From positions 3,911,072-3,975,071 of the forward strand of contig OZ241742.1 of the NCBI GenBank assembly GCA_965200955.1: a DNA stretch of 64,000 bases, written 5' to 3'. This stretch comes from Rhodothermales bacterium. Its GTDB lineage: Bacteria; Bacteroidota; Rhodothermia; Rhodothermales; Bin80. Positions 56,926-64,000 of the stretch are shown one piece after another. The notes below the pieces were generated by a model. The model was not told the DNA's origin and did not search any database. It saw nothing but the letters and a program-made list of their open reading frames with translations. A program made the translations under genes and the position numbers. Every line of letters begins with the position of its first letter. Position 1 is the stretch's first letter.

Positions 56926-57849
56926 TTACATGAACAACTGTTCCAATGCATTACGTTGCTCTGCATGCTTTTTAGGATTCTGTTGAATCAGTTTTCTGAG
57001 ATTGAGGAGTTTCCATTGAACCCCAGATAAATGTATAGCCTCAGGGAAACCGAGTAAACCAAAATCTGGCTCAGCATCGTGCAGTGAAAGAAGAAACTCT
57101 GCAATCGGTCCTGTAAGGCGAGACGAGACATCTTCATGTAGTCTTTGAGCAGTTTCAACGAGTTTTGGAAGCGAGACATCAATAAGACTCATTCCTTCAA
57201 AATCATCATTATACCATTCTTCACGAACTGTTCCTGATGGATTCAAGGATTCATGCATGGGTCGCTTTGAACAAGCAACATACACCATATACACACGGAA
57301 GAGTTTATCACTCAGTCCCTCGTTGTCGTAGAGAACCATGACATCAAAAAGATCTCTAGGATGCTTACGTTCCATTGCTGCACAGAGTTTGCCAGCGTAC
57401 AGATCCTCAAAGGATACGACTTTCATCTCTATGAATTGGAATGTTTCAGAGGCGGATTTGGATGTGGGGAGTACTTGAGTGGGCAGAACCGTTCCACGAG
57501 TAATGGTTGATATATCAATTTTAATATCTATCTCATCACGAAAAATATAAACCTGATTAAGTCCAGTTCGCCTACTCTTGTTGTATTTGGCATCAATTCC
57601 GTTTGGACTTTTAGAGATTAAATCTGCCGTATTTTGAAGGGCAGATACAATGTTCTTGAGTGAAGTATTACGATCTTCAGTCGGAAGCCATGAAAGGTCA
57701 ATATCTACGGAGAGCCTTGGCATATCTTGATAGAACATGTTAATCGCTGTTCCACCTTTAAGGGCAAATCTCACTTCTTGAGAGACAATTGGTAGAATCT
57801 TCATGAGAAGCTTGACTTGTTGAAAATATTTAGACTTTACGTCCATCAT
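56926..57849 (-). CDS. abiEii: AbiEii/AbiGii-family nucleotidyltransferase toxin (type IV TA)
   Basis: ..FALKGGTAINMFYQDMPRLSVDIDL.. and ..VVSFEDLYAGKLCAAMER.HPRDLFDV... The start overlaps the end of abiEi-1. Confidence 0.85.
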   Translation of the reverse strand: MMDVKSKYFQQVKLLMKILPIVSQEVRFALKGGTAINMFYQDMPRLSVDIDLSWLPTEDRNTSLKNIVSALQNTADLISKSPNGIDAKYNKSRRTGLNQVYIFRDEIDIKIDISTITRGTVLPTQVLPTSKSASETFQFIEMKVVSFEDLYAGKLCAAMERKHPRDLFDVMVLYDNEGLSDKLFRVYMVYVACSKRPMHESLNPSGTVREEWYNDDFEGMSLIDVSLPKLVETAQRLHEDVSSRLTGPIAEFLLSLHDAEPDFGLLGFPEAIHLSGVQWKLLNLRKLIQQNPKKHAEQRNALEQLFM

Positions 57850-58678
57850 AGTAAATTGGATTGATGAAACCCTTTGGGAAGGATACATGATACGTTGAGT
57901 CAAAAATTCCATTGGGAACAAGACTTCGATGCCCTTTACCAAAGTCAATTTGATGAGGATTCAGATCTTTCATCCATTCTGGTCTGAATAACTCCATGTA
58001 CACAAAAAACAATCGCTTAACTTTAGCACTGCGACAGATCTTGAGCAAATCCATCATGAGATCAGGTTTTATCCAGTCTAACCAATTGAAAAAATGTTTG
58101 ACGTATTCAAAGGTAGTTTTATTAGGCAACATATCAATTAATTCAAGAATTGCACGTTCTGGACGTGATACATTAAACGCCCATTGCCATGTCTCCTCTG
58201 CCCAATCGTGAGAATAATATATTTCAGCATGTTCAATGATCCCTAATGGGCTATTGTTGAACATCGTGGCGTTGTGAATGATTATTTTTCTATTTGCATG
58301 CAAGTGCCTTATCCAAGAAGGGGCATGACCATAAAAATGAACATGTTGAGAATCTCCAAATTCAGCATATTTAGATGAACCATTAATATCGAGAGCACCG
58401 TGTGCCCCAAGATGAACATTATAACCCATCAAGTGCTGTAGAGAGAGGAGTACGGTTTGCCATGGTAGGTCCCTATTATTACCATTACCCCGTGCTGGTA
58501 ATGGGCGGCGGTAAACGCCACGAACAACACGCTCTATCCAGCCTTGCTGAACATAGTGATGTATGGATTTAGTGGCAATTCCCCTGAGGGTGAACCATGC
58601 GGAATCCACAATAAACCCTAGCGGAATCTCATTTATGAGATTTTTCGCACTCTGAGTCTGAGAAATAGACATAATCAT
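57830..58678 (-). CDS. abiEi: AbiEi-family antitoxin/transcriptional regulator (copy 1, paired with abiEii)
   Basis: ..VDSAWFTLRGIATKSIHHYVQQGWIERVVRGVYRRP.. (wHTH with the RG.Y motif) plus a C-terminal AbiEi domain. Confidence 0.8.
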   Translation of the reverse strand: MIMSISQTQSAKNLINEIPLGFIVDSAWFTLRGIATKSIHHYVQQGWIERVVRGVYRRPLPARGNGNNRDLPWQTVLLSLQHLMGYNVHLGAHGALDINGSSKYAEFGDSQHVHFYGHAPSWIRHLHANRKIIIHNATMFNNSPLGIIEHAEIYYSHDWAEETWQWAFNVSRPERAILELIDMLPNKTTFEYVKHFFNWLDWIKPDLMMDLLKICRSAKVKRLFFVYMELFRPEWMKDLNPHQIDFGKGHRSLVPNGIFDSTYHVSFPKGFINPIYYDGRKV

Positions 58679-58714
58679 TAAGTTTGTAATATGAAACCTT
58701 CAAAAAAATTCATA

Positions 58715-58747
58715 ATACATGGTAAATGAAGTAATAAATGAAGAAAG
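58715..58747 (+). promoter_or_regulatory. repeat motif copy 1 (proximal to abiEi-1)
   Basis: ATACATGGTAAATGAAGTAATAAATGAAGAAAG, with core TAC(A/T)TGG(Y)(W)A(W)TGA(R) shared by all four copies. Confidence 0.5.
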
Positions 58748-59018
58748 AATAAAAAAGTTCGTGTCTGAGAGATGGCTCAAAGATCATGATGTATACACAA
58801 AGTGATGCCCACAATGATGAATTTTGTCTCAGACAGATCGGTTAAGTCAAAAACGTTCAGTCTGAGATGACCTGAGATAAACGATTGAATTTTGAATCAT
58901 CAATCAAGGACATAGGAACATCAACTCAGACTATCAAATAGTTCTACATGATGCATTAGTAACATCACCATCAGTTAAGTCAACTTTTCATAAAATGAAA
59001 ACTTTGTTTTTCATCGAT

Positions 59019-59052
59019 TTACATGGTTAATGAGGGTATAAATAGATGAATG
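59019..59052 (+). promoter_or_regulatory. repeat motif copy 2 (distal to abiEi-1)
   Basis: TTACATGGTTAATGAGGGTATAAATAGATGAATG, preceded by AAAACTTTGTTTTT as in copy 4. Confidence 0.5.
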
Positions 59053-59250
59053 TAAAATTTTATGCTAATGATCACAACTCAAATCACGAAATCAGCCTGA
59101 GTTGAAAAGCGTCATAGAGTTTCCACTGGATGTAGTTGTGCCATTCTGATCATGTAAGCGGTCTTCCCAATCTTCATTCTACTTGTTTATGATCCAAAAG
59201 TACTCCAAAATTCTAATGCCCCACCAGAGTCAGTCCACAGCAAATGATAT

Positions 59251-60084
59251 TCAGAAGCAGAAGCCTTCATAGTATCGATTAAGAAAGTACTTGGGTAGGG
59301 AGATTTGATACTTTGATTCAAAATCTCCACCCGGAACCAGAGCCCTCGGACCTTTACCGAAATCAATTTGATCAGGATCTAAATCCTTGACCCAATCTAA
59401 TTCAAGGAATTCTGCATAAACAAAAAATAATCGCTTGACCTTTATGCTTCTGCAGATTTTGAGTAACTCCATTAGAAGTTCGGGATCAGCATTCCTCATC
59501 ATTTCAAGGGTAAGCTGTACATACTCAAAACTAATGTGCTTTGGTAACTCGTCAATCAATTCAAGGATTGCACGTTCTGGGCTGGATGCTCTCAAGGGCC
59601 ACCGCCAAATGCCTACAGCCCACTGTCGCGAAGGGTGAACGGGGTGGTTATCGATAATCCCGAGTGTGCTATCACCAAACAGTGACGTATTCCTAACAAC
59701 GATTCTATCTGTTGCAGGCAACCTTTTAACCCATGGAGGGACATCACCATAGAGATGAACTGGCTGAGACTTGCCCATCATAACATAGTGGGAATGTCCA
59801 GCGATATTTAAAGCAATCTTTCCCCCTAAGTGTACATTATATCCATGTAGCCGTTGTAATGAAATAGCAATGGCTTGCCATGGCAAGTATGTACTGATCG
59901 CTCCTTTCGGCAGAGGTCGGCGATAGACACCACGAACGATCCTTTCTATCCACCCCTGTTCCACATAATAATGTATAGATTTATAGTCAATTCCTCGTGC
60001 AGTCAACCAAGCAGTATCCACAAGAAGACCATGAGGTAAATCATTCATTAGAGACAACAGCCTCGGAGTGCGCTTCTTGGACAT
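59251..60084 (-). CDS. abiEi: AbiEi-family antitoxin paralog (copy 2, no cognate toxin gene downstream)
   Basis: ..VDTAWLTARGIDYKSIHYYVEQGWIERIVRGVYRRP..; roughly half of the positions are identical to copy 1 by eye along the whole length. Confidence 0.8.
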   Translation of the reverse strand: MSKKRTPRLLSLMNDLPHGLLVDTAWLTARGIDYKSIHYYVEQGWIERIVRGVYRRPLPKGAISTYLPWQAIAISLQRLHGYNVHLGGKIALNIAGHSHYVMMGKSQPVHLYGDVPPWVKRLPATDRIVVRNTSLFGDSTLGIIDNHPVHPSRQWAVGIWRWPLRASSPERAILELIDELPKHISFEYVQLTLEMMRNADPELLMELLKICRSIKVKRLFFVYAEFLELDWVKDLDPDQIDFGKGPRALVPGGDFESKYQISLPKYFLNRYYEGFCF

Positions 60085-60127
60085 TTAAACAAAATTTTGT
60101 AAAGTAAAAAATTTGATAATTATTCTA

Positions 60128-60160
60128 ATACTTGGTAATTGAGGGATTAAATGAAGAAAA
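60128..60160 (+). promoter_or_regulatory. repeat motif copy 3 (proximal to abiEi-2)
   Basis: ATACTTGGTAATTGAGGGATTAAATGAAGAAAA. Confidence 0.5.
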
Positions 60161-60471
60161 TATAAATAAGTTTCCGTTTAATCCTTACATATATTCTCCA
60201 GTGAAGATGAAATCTACTCCTAACGTAGCATCCAATTGGACTTTGAGTATTGGTGAATCAAAAATCTCTCAGCTAGAATTTTAATCCTGTCAGATCATTC
60301 TCAAAGTTGATCGTCTCTATTGGCGAATGATCGTCTTCAAGATATACTTTAGATCGTTTCATAACTTTGGGACAGATGATTGTATGATTCTCATTACAAT
60401 TTCGTAGGGATCAGGAGGTAATCTCATGTAAAAAACGAACTATTACAATCAAAACTTTGTTTTTTGTTTAT

Positions 60472-60505
60472 TTACATGGCTAATGAATAGATAATTTGAC
60501 GAATT
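60472..60505 (+). promoter_or_regulatory. repeat motif copy 4 (distal to abiEi-2)
   Basis: TTACATGGCTAATGAATAGATAATTTGACGAATT, preceded by AAAACTTTGTTTTTT. Confidence 0.5.
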
Positions 60506-60841
60506 GTATAATATTTAGGGAGAAAAATGGATTCAAGAATCTATCCTCAAGGAATGAATGTTGTAGAAATAATTATGCAATCAGACGGTTATCATGTAAT
60601 GTATGATCTTTATCTAAAATTCAAGATGTTTGCCTCACGATCCTAATGATCAGTATGTACTGATGTGTATTCCTTGATGAATATTCTCCGAGTGTGGCAA
60701 CTTAATTTCTGAGGCTTAACCCGAGATGGCAAGTTACACAAGTCAGTGGGCTAATACATATGTATGAGAAGCAAACAGTCTCACATACAATTTTGAGAAG
60801 GCTTATGACCAACTTGCACTAAAAGCCATCGGTTGAGTCAA

Positions 60842-63706
60842 CTAGCCTTTTGACCTGTTACGATTAAGGGATAAAAGATTTCGGAGTACTTGATCATCAT
60901 TGATCTGATTTGACCAGCCGTAAGCATTGGCTACGGCTTCATCAAGTTGAGCATGTGCATCAATAAGCCACTGAGGCTGACGATTGTATAAGTTGGTCAA
61001 AGTGCGTTTTTTGAGTTCTTTGGCTACATCCTGATTCTTGGGAACGACTCGTAGTGGATACCCAGCAACAGGTTCATTAATCCAGATCACATATTCTGGT
61101 GGGTTCAGCCATTGATTTCTTAAATCAACGAGGTTACGGGTAGCAGAGGCAATTGATTGTGCATGTGGGTCATCTTGATACTTGATGGCAGGAATGTCAG
61201 GCGAAAGTCCTTTAGGGAAGGGAAAAGTATTAAATGTAGTGGTAGGAGTATACCTCGGATCGTTACCTTTCCCTATTGATGTTCCCAATCGGAGTGACCA
61301 TACTTCATGGAATCGACTGTGAAGGATGCCAAACGTAGTATCATCATCTCTGGCAAATGCAATCAGAGCATTACTGGGGCAGACATCTATATCAAACCAT
61401 ACAAATAAACGATGCTTTGATGTGCATGGGGTAGCAATATAGCGTTTATACTCACTGAGTGCATGCCACATTTTAGGTCGCGGATTATGATGGAGCCACC
61501 AATGATTCCGTCTATTTTTTTCACGCTGTTGTTCCCACTGTGGCTTAACATGTTCTAAAATATGCTGAAAAGGAGATTCATAAAGAGCAGACTCGCTTTT
61601 TGTCATATCAAATCCAAAATCAACGATCCATTGATCGGAAGGGCGGTGCGTAATGTCCAAACCGTTTATCCAAGGCTTCAGGACATCGGAGTTGGGGCGA
61701 CCATTAGGGTTCGTAGGTAATAGAAGCCATTTCCGTGCAAGATCACCACAAATATTGAATGAGCCACCTTTAATATCACCCATGAAAGCAATGTTAGCGT
61801 TCTGATGGAGCGATTTTGCGTTGGTAATGTTAACTCCACTATCACCCTGCCTCCCAGTGAGATCTGGATAGATTTCGTCTACAGATTTTCCATTAATCTT
61901 GAACTCATTGACATATGGATCATCAGACTGAGATATACAAATCAATGAAACTCGAACAGCTGCACCATCAATGACCCAAGGTTCGTCACTCCAAGCATTA
62001 AAAATCGTTTTTCCATCAGACGCTATCTCTAAAGCTTCCCTGTTGGATCCACCTCGGATGGAATTCGTTGATACAAGTCCAACCCTCTTTGTATTGTGTT
62101 TATCTATACATTCCCCAGACTTGACAAACCAATAGCAGACAAGGTCAGCAGAATGAGGAACGCGGTCTTGATATAGGTTACGTAGTTCTGAAACATATTT
62201 TTCGCCAAGATTACTAAGTAAACGCCGATCCCCCAAAAACGGTGGGTTTCCAATGATTACATCCGCTTGCGGCCAATCTGGTTCCCCTCCATCATCTGTT
62301 AAGATTGCATCCCGACATTCAATCGTTTCAAGGGTGTCAAGAATGGGCTCTTGATGTCCGGAGAATCCATTTTGACGCATCCATTGTATTTCTCCGATCC
62401 ATACTGATACACGAGCGAGCTGGGCGGCATAAGCATTCAGTTCAATTCCCTTCACATTCGCTGGGCCTACTGTGGGAATAGATCTTGAAAGTCCCATCGC
62501 TTCGGCTTCTAACTGAATCTGATGCTCCAAGTCGTGTAGAGAATGAAGTGCCAGATAGAGAAAATTACCTGAACCACATGCAGGGTCCAAAACAACGAAG
62601 TTCTTCAGCTGCTCTAAAACAGAATTCAACAATGACTGTGCTTGATTGCGATACCGTGAAGAGGCAGTTTTAGATGGAGAAGAATGAGCTTTTTTAAGAA
62701 AATTGGCAATTTGGGACTTGTACTTTTCCCATTCGTTCAGCCATGGTTGTATAATGACCGGATTGATGATTCTCATAATTTTATCCCGATCGGTATAGTG
62801 AGCCCCAAGTTGAGAACGTTTATCTGGATCAAGTCCTCGTTCAAATAAAATTCCTAGAATCGCAGGATCCACATTTGACCAATCAAGTTTTGCGGCTTCA
62901 AGTGTAATGCGAATCTGTTCCTTGCTCATTGGGAGAGTGGTTCCATCATGGAACAGTCCCCCATTGAACCACTTGACCGTTTCAAATCCAATACGCCCCC
63001 CAGTAGACATTGCTTCAAAAAGATCATGGGAAAGTTCTTCAAACGCCTCTGGCTCAAGTACTGCTTGACTGAGCATTCGCGTGAACATTTCTTTCGGGAG
63101 CAAACCAACGTCGTCCGCAAACATGCAAAAGACCAGACGGTTGACAAAATGAGCGACCTGATGTGCCGCGTGGCCTTGATCTCGGAGTGATTGTGCAAGT
63201 TGAGCAAAAGTGTTTGCAGCACGCTCTGTTAGATTCTGTCGCGTTTCTTTGGGACGTAGCCGTTCAGGGTCTGACATAGCCCATTTGAGTTTCTCCCGAA
63301 CGGAGGCATCTACGAGATCACCCAATTCAAACTCATGGGTTTCGCTCACTGAATTCGTCCAATTGGTACGAATCCTGAAGCGATACATGTCCGAAACAAT
63401 TAACAGAGGAGGATTTTCTAGGGCAAGTGCATACTGTCGCAGTTGATCAAAGGCGACATCAAGGTTTGAATGCCTTCGCTTGTACTCCCATGCAAAAAAG
63501 CCTCGCTTCCAGACATCTGCGTATCCTCCTCTGCCTGAGTCCTTATAGGCCCCACGCTCAAAACAATAAAAATCTCCTTTCGGATCTGCCTCAATCGGCG
63601 TAGGTTCTCCAAGCAGTCTACATAAATCAATGAAATGCTCCTGAGCCGCGGAACGCTCATTTAATTCTGATGCACTCCACTTGGTAATGAAATCACGAGG
63701 AGTCAC
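60842..63706 (-). CDS. MmeI-like Type IIL restriction-modification enzyme (N-terminal PD-(D/E)xK nuclease + N6-adenine methyltransferase + target-recognition region in one 954-aa chain)
   Basis: The N-terminus MTPRDFITKWSASELNERSAAQEHFIDLCRLLGEP...GYADVWKRGFFAWEYKRRH...PPLLIVSD matches the MmeI-family nuclease head (D...ExK). SAM motif I VLDPACGSGNFLY; motif IV IIGNPPFLG. Confidence 0.75.
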   Translation of the reverse strand: MTPRDFITKWSASELNERSAAQEHFIDLCRLLGEPTPIEADPKGDFYCFERGAYKDSGRGGYADVWKRGFFAWEYKRRHSNLDVAFDQLRQYALALENPPLLIVSDMYRFRIRTNWTNSVSETHEFELGDLVDASVREKLKWAMSDPERLRPKETRQNLTERAANTFAQLAQSLRDQGHAAHQVAHFVNRLVFCMFADDVGLLPKEMFTRMLSQAVLEPEAFEELSHDLFEAMSTGGRIGFETVKWFNGGLFHDGTTLPMSKEQIRITLEAAKLDWSNVDPAILGILFERGLDPDKRSQLGAHYTDRDKIMRIINPVIIQPWLNEWEKYKSQIANFLKKAHSSPSKTASSRYRNQAQSLLNSVLEQLKNFVVLDPACGSGNFLYLALHSLHDLEHQIQLEAEAMGLSRSIPTVGPANVKGIELNAYAAQLARVSVWIGEIQWMRQNGFSGHQEPILDTLETIECRDAILTDDGGEPDWPQADVIIGNPPFLGDRRLLSNLGEKYVSELRNLYQDRVPHSADLVCYWFVKSGECIDKHNTKRVGLVSTNSIRGGSNREALEIASDGKTIFNAWSDEPWVIDGAAVRVSLICISQSDDPYVNEFKINGKSVDEIYPDLTGRQGDSGVNITNAKSLHQNANIAFMGDIKGGSFNICGDLARKWLLLPTNPNGRPNSDVLKPWINGLDITHRPSDQWIVDFGFDMTKSESALYESPFQHILEHVKPQWEQQREKNRRNHWWLHHNPRPKMWHALSEYKRYIATPCTSKHRLFVWFDIDVCPSNALIAFARDDDTTFGILHSRFHEVWSLRLGTSIGKGNDPRYTPTTTFNTFPFPKGLSPDIPAIKYQDDPHAQSIASATRNLVDLRNQWLNPPEYVIWINEPVAGYPLRVVPKNQDVAKELKKRTLTNLYNRQPQWLIDAHAQLDEAVANAYGWSNQINDDQVLRNLLSLNRNRSKG

Positions 63707-64000
63707 GATTAGTGTTGTTACGCATAGAATCTCTTCTATTGGTGACAGATTTATTACAACGGAAAAAGGTTTCCATAGATATGTGCAAGTAATAGGATCG
63801 TTAAACTAAATGCCTAAATGATTCCAGTGGTTATTTTGAGGTTTTAGGTTGACAAATATACGACCATCGGCTTGAATTATGAAATTCCCCATCGAGTGCA
63901 TTAAGGTCAGCAAGGCAGTTACTTTTCACAATTCATGTCCATCATCAAATTTAGAATTCATGGTAACTATTACATTGAACTTCCGTAAACGGCAATTCTC

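Noticed and set aside
58715-60505. Four spaced repeats raised the question of a mini CRISPR array.
   Set aside because: The copies are only partially conserved. Spacings are ~270, ~1075 and ~310 bp and include a protein-coding gene. There are no cas genes. They fit promoter/operator duplication instead.
63929-64000. Open minus-strand frame running into the window edge (..ENCRLRKFNVIVTMNSKFDDGHEL*).
   Set aside because: Only 24 codons are visible, so it cannot be distinguished from noise.

Overview
This 64-kb window looks like it comes from an FCB-group bacterium (Bacteroidota/Rhodothermota/Balneolota-like). Five proteins end in the T9SS 'NYPNPF...' C-terminal sorting domain, and a type-A RNase P RNA is present. 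No rRNA, tRNA or CRISPR array was seen. The housekeeping backbone is intact: lpdA 3' end, mutY, an Omp85-family gene, rsmE, secG, rnpB, a COG1579 gene, nif3, rpiB, serA, an acyltransferase, GDH, a CPA1 antiporter, aroE, glpK/glpF and an S8 peptidase. Four accessory patches interrupt it. (i) 1.2-6.9 kb holds a heavily decayed Fn3/T9SS adhesin paralog, a SocA/Panacea-type antitoxin with a frameshifted toxin-position gene, and a T5orf172-like gene. (ii) 25.3-27.7 kb holds a decayed ATP-grasp/alpha-E/transglutaminase operon broken by a truncated TnpB element. (iii) 37.2-52.6 kb holds two giant Fn3/Calx-beta/cadherin-like T9SS adhesin paralogs in direct orientation. They bracket a two-gene IS256-like element, a DDE transposase relic, an intact tnpB element and an uncharacterised two-gene module. 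(iv) 56.9-63.7 kb is a defence islet with AbiEii, two AbiEi paralogs and an MmeI-like Type IIL R-M enzyme. The most noteworthy direct observations are these. A G9 tract sits at the signal-peptide/mature junction of both adhesin paralogs, out of frame in one and in frame in the other. The tnpB element is bounded by 24-bp terminal inverted repeats and a 6-bp direct repeat, which is not the canonical IS200/IS605 architecture. The IS256-like element carries a second transposase paralog that has lost two DDE catalytic residues. The overlapping 132-aa + 421-aa gene pair, with a degenerate ImmA/IrrE-like C-terminus, is my best candidate for an undescribed conflict system. A 33-nt motif occurs four times upstream of the duplicated abiEi genes. 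All functional calls rest on motif recognition by eye; no database search was possible.
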